DNA from: Xylanibacter ruminicola 23
Lineage (GTDB): Bacteria > Bacteroidota > Bacteroidia > Bacteroidales > Bacteroidaceae
Assembly (NCBI RefSeq): GCF_000025925.1
Contig: NC_014033.1
Location: 3,090,001 to 3,122,000, forward strand
DNA: 32,000 nt
Reading direction: 5' to 3'
Numbering within the stretch: position 1 is the first letter of the stretch; every line of letters begins with the position of its first letter. The notes under the pieces were generated by a model that was given only the letters and a program-made list of their open reading frames with translations, ran no database searches and was not told where the DNA came from. The position numbers were made by a program, and so were the translations under genes. Positions 8,308 to 16,361 of this stretch are shown piece by piece.

Positions 8308-9336
8308 TTACTCCCCAGAAAATGCTGCAGCTTCAGCTTCGGCTATGATTTCCTCGCGCGATTTCTCTTTATGAGAGATGTCCGAGAGGTCGAATTCCTT
8401 ATCTGAAAAATCTATTGCTGGCTTCTTCGAAGGTTGTGGGGCTGGTTGTTTTACCAACTGCTCTTCAACCTGTTCTGTTTCTGCTGGCTGCTCGATGATA
8501 AAGCTCTGTTGCTCCTTTTCAGGATCGGGCACAGCCATTGCTGGCTCTTCTTCCATCTGGGTGCGGGCTGTCTTGGCAGCAAACACAGCATCTACAAACT
8601 GTGGTTCGCGCTTCAGGCGCTGCAGCGTGTCTTTCGACGCTTTCTGCTGGGCCTCTTTCTTTGAGTAGCCCGAACCGCTTTCGCCGTTAACGCCCTCGAT
8701 AATTACCATATAGGTGAAAACGGGACTTCCGTTCTCATCTTTCTTCTGCTTTGTGAGCTTGTACTCCAAACGCACACGATTTTTCTGGCTCCATTCAAGC
8801 AGTTTCGACTTGAAGTTTACCTCCTTGAATGCAACCTTATCGATGTCAATGAACTTGCCCAGAACCTGATTCTCGAAGAACCACAGGCAAGCCTCGTAGC
8901 CACGATCCAGATAAATGGCACCTACCAGCGCCTCGAAAGCATTACCCTCAACATAGCTGTTGTGCGAGGTTGAATGACCTGCTGATATCAGCAGATTGCT
9001 CAATCGCATCTCGGTAGCTAACTTTCCAAGCGTTTCGCGGCTTACGAGTTTTGATCGTGTATTGGTGAGGAATCCTTCGCGCTTACCTTCGTAATGACGG
9101 TAAACGATGTAACCCACAGCAGCGTCGAGTATAGCATCACCCAGGAACTCCAGTCGCTCGTTGTTCAGCGGCTTGCCCTTGTCGTTGCGCTTGCGGATGC
9201 TCTTGTGCATCAGCGCCATCTTGTAATACTCGATATTGTGGGGGTAGAATCCCAATATCTCATAAAGAGAAGAAAAAAGCTCCTTCTCCTGACGGAAAGG
9301 GAGCTTTATTCTATCTATGATGTTATTAGGCCTCAT
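8308..9336 (-). CDS. rnc: ribonuclease III with a ~100-aa acidic/Pro-rich C-terminal extension
   Basis: The RNase III signature ERLEFLGDAILD and a dsRBD (PVFTYMVIIEG..GSGYSKKEAQQKASKDTLQRL) are present. The position downstream of fabF is typical. Confidence 0.9.
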   Translation of the reverse strand: MRPNNIIDRIKLPFRQEKELFSSLYEILGFYPHNIEYYKMALMHKSIRKRNDKGKPLNNERLEFLGDAILDAAVGYIVYRHYEGKREGFLTNTRSKLVSRETLGKLATEMRLSNLLISAGHSTSHNSYVEGNAFEALVGAIYLDRGYEACLWFFENQVLGKFIDIDKVAFKEVNFKSKLLEWSQKNRVRLEYKLTKQKKDENGSPVFTYMVIIEGVNGESGSGYSKKEAQQKASKDTLQRLKREPQFVDAVFAAKTARTQMEEEPAMAVPDPEKEQQSFIIEQPAETEQVEEQLVKQPAPQPSKKPAIDFSDKEFDLSDISHKEKSREEIIAEAEAAAFSGE

Positions 9337-10588
9337 ACTTCTTGAATACTACACATGCGTTGTGACCACCAAAGCCGAAGGTGTTGCTGAGTCCAGCACG
9401 TACCTCGCGCTTCTGAGCCTTGTTGAATGTGAAGTTCAGGTTGTAATCAATCTCAGGATCCTCGTCGCCCTCCTCGTGGTTAATTGTTGGAGGAACGATA
9501 TCGTTCTTAATAGCAAGAACGGTAGCCATTGCCTCTACAGCACCAGCAGCACCCAGCAGGTGACCAGTCATCGACTTGGTAGAAGAGATGTTGAGCTTGT
9601 AGGCAGCATCGCCGAATACCTCCTTGATGGCCTTAGCCTCAGAGATATCACCAACGTGGGTAGAAGTACCGTGTACGTTGATGTAGTCGATGTCCTCAGG
9701 CTTCATGCCAGCATCCTCGAGAGCGTTCTGCATCATGAGCTTAGCACCCAGACCCTCGGGGTGAGAGGCTGTGATGTGGTGAGCATCAGCGCTCATACCA
9801 GCACCTACCATCTCAGCGTAGATCTTAGCACCACGAGCCTTAGCGTGCTCCAGTTCCTCGAGAATCAAGCAACCTGAACCCTCGCCCATGATGAATCCAT
9901 CGCGGCTTGCGCTGAATGGACGGCTGGCCTTCTCTGGCTCGTCGTTACGAGTAGAGAGAGCGTGCATGGCATTGAAACCACCTACACCAGTAGCGCAGAT
10001 AGCTGCCTCGGCACCACCAGCAACGATAGCGTTTGCCTTACCCAAACGGATCAGGTTGAAGGCGTCGGCCAGCGCATTAGATGAAGATGTACAAGCTGAA
10101 GCGGTGATATAGTTGGGGCCATGGAAGCCATACAAAATCGAAATCTGACCTGCTGCGATATTAGCAATCATCTTGGGGATGAAGAAGGGGTTGAACTTAG
10201 GACCATCGGCCTCGTGAACACCATAGTACTTTACCTCGTCCTCGAAGGTCTTAATTCCACCAATACCTACGCCATAAACCACGCCGATACGGTTCTTGTC
10301 TTCAGTCTCCAGATCCATACCGCTATCCTCAACGGCCTGCTTGGCAGCAATCATGGCCAGCTGTGTGTAGCGGTCCATCTTACGTGCCTCTTTGCGATCC
10401 AGGAAATCGTTCACGTTGAGGTTCTTTACCTCGCATGCAAACTTTGTTTTGAAATTTGTTGTATCGAAACTTGTAATAGGTGCTGCGCCGCTAACTCCGT
10501 TGAGCAGGTTCTTCCACATCTCATCGGGAGTGTTGCCCACTGGCGTAACTGCGCCAAGACCTGTTACAACTACTCTTTTTAATTCCAT
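9326..10588 (-). CDS. fabF: beta-ketoacyl-ACP synthase II
   Basis: 420 aa with a KAS II pattern: active-site Cys context (SACTSSS) and His motifs (NVHGTST, GHLLGAAG). It lies immediately downstream of acpP. Confidence 0.95.
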   Translation of the reverse strand: MELKRVVVTGLGAVTPVGNTPDEMWKNLLNGVSGAAPITSFDTTNFKTKFACEVKNLNVNDFLDRKEARKMDRYTQLAMIAAKQAVEDSGMDLETEDKNRIGVVYGVGIGGIKTFEDEVKYYGVHEADGPKFNPFFIPKMIANIAAGQISILYGFHGPNYITASACTSSSNALADAFNLIRLGKANAIVAGGAEAAICATGVGGFNAMHALSTRNDEPEKASRPFSASRDGFIMGEGSGCLILEELEHAKARGAKIYAEMVGAGMSADAHHITASHPEGLGAKLMMQNALEDAGMKPEDIDYINVHGTSTHVGDISEAKAIKEVFGDAAYKLNISSTKSMTGHLLGAAGAVEAMATVLAIKNDIVPPTINHEEGDEDPEIDYNLNFTFNKAQKREVRAGLSNTFGFGGHNACVVFKKYEA

Positions 10589-10604
10589 AAGCTTAAATTA
10601 AAAG

Positions 10605-10644
10605 CATAATGGTTGCCTCTTAAAATAAGGAAACAACCATTATG
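10605..10644 (-). other. intercistronic stem-loop between acpP and fabF
   Basis: Perfect 11-bp inverted repeat CATAATGGTTG / CAACCATTATG (10605-10615 and 10634-10644) around an 18-nt loop, in the 69-bp acpP-fabF spacer. Confidence 0.5.
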
Positions 10645-10657
10645 TAGTAAACAAATA

Positions 10658-10894
10658 TTATTTTGCGTTCTCCTCGATGTAAGCGATGGCGTCGCCAACG
10701 GTACCGATCTTCTCAGCCTTATCATCGGGAATTGAGATACCAAACTCCTTCTCGAACTCCATGATCAGCTCAACAGTATCCAGTGAGTCTGCACCCAGGT
10801 CGTTTGTGAAGCTAGCCTCAGCCTTTACTTCAGCCTCATCTACACCGAGTTTGTCTACGATAATTGCCTTTACTTTGCTTTCAATTTCTGACAT
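10658..10894 (-). CDS. acpP: acyl carrier protein
   Basis: 78 aa with the phosphopantetheine attachment motif [17 protein letters not shown]. Confidence 0.95.
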   Translation of the reverse strand: MSEIESKVKAIIVDKLGVDEAEVKAEASFTNDLGADSLDTVELIMEFEKEFGISIPDDKAEKIGTVGDAIAYIEENAK

Positions 10895-11145
10895 AATTGT
10901 AATAATTTAATTGTTAATAATGATGTTGCTATCTTGAAATTTTTCCGGCATTTTGCCGAAATCGGGTGCAAAGTAACACATTTTCTTTCACTTACGCAAA
11001 TTTTTTTAAGAAAAACTTACTTTCGTTTGCACATTATAGGGGCATTTGTGCAAAAATATGCCCTTTTTAGGTGTGACTAATACTATAAAAATACAAAATA
11101 TGGCGATTTTATTCAATTTTAGTTGGATATTTGAAAAACTTTCTG

Positions 11146-11153
11146 TAGTTTTG
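11146..11153 (+). promoter_or_regulatory. candidate -7 box (TAGTTTTG) for the DUF4254-to-nuclease gene string
   Basis: Exact TAnnTTTG, 22 nt upstream of the ATG at 11175. It lies inside the longer ORF-track call, which argues against the 11046 start. Confidence 0.45.
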
Positions 11154-11174
11154 CAAAATAAAACGAATACGAAT

Positions 11175-11780
11175 ATGACATTTACAAAAGAAGCCAATCA
11201 AATTTTTGAGAGGGCAATAAATGATTATCATGTTTTCGACGATGTCGACACGCCCTTGAAAAATCCATATCAGAAAGACAGTATCCAGTATAGCTTATAT
11301 AAGAAATGTTGGATTGATACTGTTCAGTGGCATTATGAAGATATTATACGCGATCCCCATATCGATCCAGTTGAGGCACTTGCCCTGAAGCGTCGCATCG
11401 ACCGCAGTAATCAGGACCGTACCGATTTGGTAGAGGAAATCGACTCTTGGTTCCGCCAGCATTACAGTCAGGTGGTGCCACAGGCTGATGCGCGCCTTAA
11501 TACCGAGAGCCCGGCTTGGGCTATCGACCGTTTAAGCATTCTTGCACTTAAGATTTATCACATGCAGGAGCAGGTTAACCGTACCGATGCCGAACCAGAG
11601 CACATTGCCAAGTGTAAGGCTAAGCTTGATGTGCTGTTGGAACAGCAGGTTGACCTTTCGCTGGCTATCGATCAGCTGCTCGAGGACATCGAGGCTGGCC
11701 GTAAGTACATGAAGGTGTATCGCCAGATGAAGATGTATAACGATCCCGCAACTAATCCTATCTTATATAATCAGAAGTAA
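11175..11780 (+). CDS. DUF4254-like protein
   Basis: I moved the start to the ATG at 11175 (MTFTKEANQIF). Its size and its position directly upstream of a GT9 gene match the DUF4254/GT9 pairing I recall from Bacteroidota. The family assignment is from memory, not from a search. Confidence 0.5.
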   Translation: MTFTKEANQIFERAINDYHVFDDVDTPLKNPYQKDSIQYSLYKKCWIDTVQWHYEDIIRDPHIDPVEALALKRRIDRSNQDRTDLVEEIDSWFRQHYSQVVPQADARLNTESPAWAIDRLSILALKIYHMQEQVNRTDAEPEHIAKCKAKLDVLLEQQVDLSLAIDQLLEDIEAGRKYMKVYRQMKMYNDPATNPILYNQK

Positions 11781-11792
11781 ATACAAAGGCTG

Positions 11793-12845
11793 ATGAGAAA
11801 AGAGCATATACTGGTCATCAGATTCTCAGCTCTTGGCGATGTGGCCATGATGGTGCCTGTAGTCTGGTCGCTGGCTCAGCAGTATCCCGATATACGCATC
11901 ACGGTGCTTAGCCGTAAGTTCGCTCGCCCCTTGTTCGACGATTTGGCGCCCAATGTTAATTTCATGGAGGCCGATCTCACCAAGGAGTATCATGGTGTGC
12001 GCGGACTTAACGCACTTTATCGCCGATTGGTTGCCAAGCAGTTTACCAAGGTGGCCGATCTGCATAATGTTCTGCGCTCAGAGTATCTGCGCCTACGATT
12101 CAATCTGGGCCGATATCGTGTAGAGCACCTGATCAAGAACCGCAGTCAGCGTCGTAAACTGGTTTCGGGCAAGCACGATAAGCGTGTGCCATTGCCATCA
12201 TCGTTCGAGAATTATGCCGCTGTGTTCGAGCGTCTGGGCTATCCGGTTGATATCAAGAATTTCCGTTCCATCTTCCCTGCCGAGGGTGGAAATCTGAACC
12301 TGTTGCCCGCCATCTTCGGACCCAAGAAGAGTTTCGAACAGTGGATTGGTATCGCACCATTTGCCGCCCACGAGGGCAAGGTGTATCCACCACGCCTGAT
12401 GGAGCAGATAATCTTCCGTCTTATTCAGCAGTATCCTAATGGTCGTATATTCCTGTTTGGTCGTGGCGAGGAAGAGGAGAAGTTCTTCCAGCTGTGGTGT
12501 GCACAGTATCGCCAATGTACTTCGGTAGCCAAGCATTGCGAGGGTATGTATCAGGAGCTTATCCTGATGAGTCATCTCAACGTCATGCTTTCGATGGATT
12601 CGGCCAATATGCACCTGGCATCGCTCACAGGCGTGCCTGTGGTAAGCGTTTGGGGCGCAACACACCCCATGGCAGGTTTCCTGGGTTATAATCAGGACCC
12701 CGAAAATGCTATCCAGATCGATCTGGAGTGCCGCCCCTGCAGTATTTATGGCAATAAGCCCTGTCAGCGTGGCGATTATGCATGTCTGCAAAACATTCCG
12801 CCCGAGCGGATTGTTGACAGAATAGTAACCCTTATTAATAACTAA
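11793..12845 (+). CDS. glycosyltransferase family 9 (heptosyltransferase-like)
   Basis: 350 aa. The N-terminal [18 protein letters not shown] and the C-terminal [22 protein letters not shown] are typical of GT9. Confidence 0.8.
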   Translation: MRKEHILVIRFSALGDVAMMVPVVWSLAQQYPDIRITVLSRKFARPLFDDLAPNVNFMEADLTKEYHGVRGLNALYRRLVAKQFTKVADLHNVLRSEYLRLRFNLGRYRVEHLIKNRSQRRKLVSGKHDKRVPLPSSFENYAAVFERLGYPVDIKNFRSIFPAEGGNLNLLPAIFGPKKSFEQWIGIAPFAAHEGKVYPPRLMEQIIFRLIQQYPNGRIFLFGRGEEEEKFFQLWCAQYRQCTSVAKHCEGMYQELILMSHLNVMLSMDSANMHLASLTGVPVVSVWGATHPMAGFLGYNQDPENAIQIDLECRPCSIYGNKPCQRGDYACLQNIPPERIVDRIVTLINN

Positions 12846-12859
12846 AAACTAGAACGCTT

Positions 12860-13015
12860 ATGAAGTACATTTGTGAAGTGTGCGGTTACGTTTACGACCC
12901 CGCAGAAGGCGATCCCGATGGTGGCATCGCTCCAGGAACAGCTTTTGAGGATATCCCCGATGATTGGGTATGCCCCGTTTGTGGCGTAGGTAAGGATAAC
13001 TTCAGACCAGAATAA
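12860..13015 (+). CDS. rubredoxin (51 aa), absent from the supplied ORF track
   Basis: The translation is [51 protein letters not shown]. Both CxxCG knuckles and the DDW motif are present. It sits 14 nt after the GT9 stop and 5 nt before the kinase start. Confidence 0.9.
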   Translation: MKYICEVCGYVYDPAEGDPDGGIAPGTAFEDIPDDWVCPVCGVGKDNFRPE

Positions 13016-13020
13016 GCTTC

Positions 13021-14703
13021 ATGCAAACTAAAGGGTTCATTATCAAACGTGTGTGGGTTATAGCCATTTCGTTGGCTATAGTGCTGGTTTCGTGTAAAAA
13101 CGGTGTTAGCGAATTCATTCCGGCGTTTGATGATGAACCTATTGTAAGCCCATTGGCTACGGAGCTTGGTTTCAGCAAGGACCGTCCGCTGGTAATGGGT
13201 ATGAATACCAGTTATGCCCCTTTGCAATACGTAAACAGTCAGGGTTTGCCTACTGGTTACGATGTGGAGTTCACTAAGAAACTGCTGATGCGTATGGGCA
13301 TTCCTTACACTTTCTCGCCAAACCATTGGGACAAAATGTCGCCAGGTATTATTGGTGGAAAGTACGACATGGGTATGCTGGTTTATTCGTCGTATCGTAA
13401 AGATACAACCAACTATTCCGATGCTGTATTCCGCATGTATTATCAGGTGGTTTACAGAAAAAAAGACTTTGCAGAGTTTGATTTCCGTCATCTTAAAGGC
13501 AAGCGCATTGCCTATATGAAGTCGCGCCCTATTGGTTTGATGCTGAAGGACGAAGAGGCCGATGGCTATCCGATAACCGACCTGAATGAGGCTATTGTTG
13601 ATCTTGCAAACGGAAAGTACGATGGTGTTATCTGCTATCGATTCCAGGCAAAATATCATGTAGGACTCCTGCATCTTTCAGATCAGTTAAAGGCCGATGA
13701 TCTGTCGTTAGAGCCTCGCGAATACTGTTATGCCAGTCATGATAAACGCTTGATTGATGCCATCAATGCCGAACTAAAGAAGATGGAGGCCGAGGGCATC
13801 GTCGACGAGATATATGGTCAGGAAGTGGCCGAACGCTTTGGCGATATCAAGATTCCTATGTGGGTTTGGTGGCTGCTCACAGGTCTGGTATTTTTGTTTA
13901 TGGTGGTTTATGTGGTTAACAAGAACCGTTACAATCGCCGTTTGCAGAGTGCCAACGCACAGTTGCAGAAAAACAACAAAGCCCTGCAGTTAGCTACAGC
14001 CAGAGCCGAGGAGAGTACGCGAATGAAGAGCAACTTCATCAAGCAGATCTCGCACGAAATCCGTACACCATTAAATATTATATGTGGTTTTACACAGGTG
14101 TTGACAACTACTGATGCCGAACTGGATAAGGCGGAGAAACGCGATATGTCGGTGCAGATTATCGATAATGCCGAACGTATTACTGGCTTGGTCAACAAAA
14201 TGCTGGCACTTGCCGAAATTAACAGTAGCGTGGTACTGGAGCGCGAAGACCATACGTCGGCTGTTGTCATTGCCCAGGAGGCCATTAAGGCGGCAGGCAT
14301 CAACAAGGCATCGCATGTTCAATTCAAGCTTGTAAAGCTGTTTGGGGCCGAACAGATGTTCGATACCCATCTACGATCAGCTGTTCTGGCTTTGCAGCAG
14401 TTGCTCGATAATGCCAAGAAATTTACCGAACAAGGACAAGTAACATTACAAATAAGTAATCACGAGGGGCAGGCGTATTTTGTGGTCGAAGATACAGGTA
14501 CATCCATCCCCGTATATCAGGCCGAGCGCATATTCGACGAGTTTGTGCAGTTAGACGAGTACAGCGATGGCACAGGCATCGGACTCTCGATAGCGCGTAG
14601 CTTAGCGCGCCGATTGGGTGGTGACATCGTTCTCGACACCACCTATACAGGAGGCGCACGATTCGTGATGACCCTACAAAGCCAGCAAGAAGAAACAGCA
14701 TGA
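13021..14703 (+). CDS. sensor histidine kinase with a periplasmic solute-binding (SBP_bac_3-like) domain; no receiver domain
   Basis: The protein has a signal/lipobox-like N-terminus (IVLVSC), a type-2 periplasmic-binding-like region, a TM helix (WVWWLLTGLVFLFMVVYVV) and a coiled coil. Kinase boxes are present: H-box SHEIRTPLN, N box DNAKKFT, G1 EDTGTSIP and G2 GTGIGLSIA. Confidence 0.85.
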   Translation: MQTKGFIIKRVWVIAISLAIVLVSCKNGVSEFIPAFDDEPIVSPLATELGFSKDRPLVMGMNTSYAPLQYVNSQGLPTGYDVEFTKKLLMRMGIPYTFSPNHWDKMSPGIIGGKYDMGMLVYSSYRKDTTNYSDAVFRMYYQVVYRKKDFAEFDFRHLKGKRIAYMKSRPIGLMLKDEEADGYPITDLNEAIVDLANGKYDGVICYRFQAKYHVGLLHLSDQLKADDLSLEPREYCYASHDKRLIDAINAELKKMEAEGIVDEIYGQEVAERFGDIKIPMWVWWLLTGLVFLFMVVYVVNKNRYNRRLQSANAQLQKNNKALQLATARAEESTRMKSNFIKQISHEIRTPLNIICGFTQVLTTTDAELDKAEKRDMSVQIIDNAERITGLVNKMLALAEINSSVVLEREDHTSAVVIAQEAIKAAGINKASHVQFKLVKLFGAEQMFDTHLRSAVLALQQLLDNAKKFTEQGQVTLQISNHEGQAYFVVEDTGTSIPVYQAERIFDEFVQLDEYSDGTGIGLSIARSLARRLGGDIVLDTTYTGGARFVMTLQSQQEETA

Positions 14704-16151
14704 AACAAACATATCCCATCATAAGGTTCCCTGAAAGGGGAACCATTTTGTATCCCTTTCGTCGTCATCCTCTGGTAACTCAAGGCATGCTTGAACAGAA
14801 GCTTGCCCGCGAGCTTTCGGCTAAGTTGCCCGCTGGCGTTGAGTGCCTGTTAAACGCTTGTATCATCACTACCGACAAGCAGCCGCCATATTATCCCGAT
14901 CTGGCGCTGGTGGTAGCTGGTACCCCCGGCATCCGTATCGATGTAGAGATTGATGAGCCTTACCGCAAGGCAACTCGCGAGCCCATCCACTACCAGTCGT
15001 GTGGCGATGTGTTTCGTGATCATCTGCTTAATCGTCATGGATGGGTAGTAGTGCGTCTGGCCGCTCAGCAAATCGCCCAGGAGCCTGGTATCTGTGCCGA
15101 CTTTTTGGTTGAGTTGGTTACTTGTATGATGTCCGATGGTGCATCTATCCAGCAGCACGAGTTTGCATCGGTGCCCACACCTGTTGAGCCTTGGAGCCGT
15201 AACGATGCGTTAAAAATGGCCTATTGGCAGAATGTGGATGGCGAGGATAAACAATGGATTACCGATAGATATGCCCTCGATGCCGACGAGCTTGACTGCA
15301 AACAGCAGGTTAAACCCTTCAACAAAACCGATGATATGCGCGAAAAAATGGCCACCTTCCGCGATGCAGGCCATTACGAGCAGGATGCCGACATTGATTT
15401 TGAGCCTTGCGAACACATATATATATATAAAGGTATAAAGCGTATGCTGCCTGTCAGCTCGCTCATTGCCTATTTCTTTGATGAATTCCAGGCCCTGCCA
15501 CAAGCCGAAAACCAGTTGCGATTTAAAGGCATACCCGTAGAGGAGAGCTTGGATAAGTGGGAGCGTGCTAGTCGTACAGCCAGCGAGGTGGGTACCTTTG
15601 TACACCTGCAGACAGAGAACTATTTTCAGCGCGGTTTCTTCGAGACCGAGTGCCAGCTGCAGTTTGGTAACGACACTGAAGTGGTGAGTGTAGAGCAGGA
15701 AAAGCTGCACTTTCTGCGTTTTATCCGCGACTACGATATCGAGCCCTATCGCCAGGAGTGGCCCGTTTACGATAAGGATTTGAACATTGCAGGTACCATC
15801 GACCTGATTTGCCAGGACGACGATGGCGAGTTTACCATCTACGACTGGAAACGCTCGTCGAAGGTAGTAAACGCCCAAGGCCAACCCATCGTCGAGGGTT
15901 TTCGTGGCAAGATGAGCCATAACGGTATCAGTCTGCCCGATACCTCGTTCTACCATTATTGCATTCAGCAGAATCTGTATCGCTACATGTTAGAGCGCCA
16001 TTACGGCATCCGTGTAAAGGCTATGAACTTGGTGGTGCTCTGTCCCGATTATCCCACCTATTATGTAGCCCAAGTACCCAAGATGGACCAGCTTATCCAG
16101 CAAATCGTCACCATTTGTCAGCAGCACGATTTAGGCCACAGGTTGCTGTAA
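14700..16151 (+). CDS. two-domain nuclease: N-terminal Vsr/DUF559-like endonuclease fold plus C-terminal RecB/Cas4/MGME1-like PD-(D/E)XK nuclease
   Basis: The ATG overlaps the kinase stop (ATGA at 14700-14703). N-terminal motifs are YPDLALV, IDVEIDEPY and GDVFRDHLLNRHGWVVVRL. C-terminal ordered motifs are EHIYIY..LPVSS, GTFVHLQTE, GTIDLI, IYDWKRS and QQNLYRYM. Confidence 0.6.
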   Translation: MKQTYPIIRFPERGTILYPFRRHPLVTQGMLEQKLARELSAKLPAGVECLLNACIITTDKQPPYYPDLALVVAGTPGIRIDVEIDEPYRKATREPIHYQSCGDVFRDHLLNRHGWVVVRLAAQQIAQEPGICADFLVELVTCMMSDGASIQQHEFASVPTPVEPWSRNDALKMAYWQNVDGEDKQWITDRYALDADELDCKQQVKPFNKTDDMREKMATFRDAGHYEQDADIDFEPCEHIYIYKGIKRMLPVSSLIAYFFDEFQALPQAENQLRFKGIPVEESLDKWERASRTASEVGTFVHLQTENYFQRGFFETECQLQFGNDTEVVSVEQEKLHFLRFIRDYDIEPYRQEWPVYDKDLNIAGTIDLICQDDDGEFTIYDWKRSSKVVNAQGQPIVEGFRGKMSHNGISLPDTSFYHYCIQQNLYRYMLERHYGIRVKAMNLVVLCPDYPTYYVAQVPKMDQLIQQIVTICQQHDLGHRLL

Positions 16152-16160
16152 AAAATATAA

Positions 16161-16330
16161 GAAACTGGGAAACTGAGAAACTGAGAATCAGGTTGGTTTG
16201 AGAACGGAGAAAGTATTATGTATAAATATAATAATTAATTTAATAATCGTATCATAGATACCATTGTCAACTTTCCCCGTTTAAAACTAAAACCACCCCG
16301 ATTCCCATTTTCCCAGTTTCTCATTTTCTC
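16161..16330. repeat. 170-bp imperfect palindrome: inverted arms of 53 and 60 bp around a 57-bp, ~16% GC core
   Basis: The left arm (16161-16213) begins with GAAACTGG GAAACTGA GAAACTGA GAATC. The right arm (16271-16330) ends with GATTC CCATTTTC CCAGTTTC TCATTTTC. By hand alignment the arms are about 80% complementary with one 5-nt indel. AAAAAAT occurs just outside both arms (16150-16156 and 16334-16340). Confidence 0.7.
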
Positions 16331-16361
16331 CTCAAAAAATCTCAGTAGTAAGCTTTCAATG

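Noticed and set aside
12892-13674. 260-aa minus-strand ORF spanning the rubredoxin and the kinase 5' region
   Set aside because: It is antisense to two ORFs with unmistakable family motifs. Its translation has no recognisable domain and an odd composition (H/Q/R/I-rich). It looks like a typical shadow ORF.
15210-15956. 248-aa minus-strand ORF inside the nuclease gene
   Set aside because: It is a shadow of the + strand gene, whose ordered nuclease motifs support the + frame. The minus-frame product has no motifs.
16235-16324. 29-aa minus-strand ORF (MRNWENGNRGGFSFKRGKLTMVSMIRLLN) inside the palindrome
   Set aside because: Its sequence is dictated by the repeat arm and the AT-rich core. It has no start context and no way to assess conservation here, so it is most likely fortuitous.
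16161-16330. CRISPR array or invertase-flipped promoter as the explanation for the GAAAC-containing repeats
   Set aside because: The units are contiguous 8-mers with no spacers and no cas genes, so this is not a CRISPR array. The inverted arms are only about 80% matched with an indel, no recombinase gene is nearby, and no good TAnnTTTG lies in the core. That argues against an invertible promoter.
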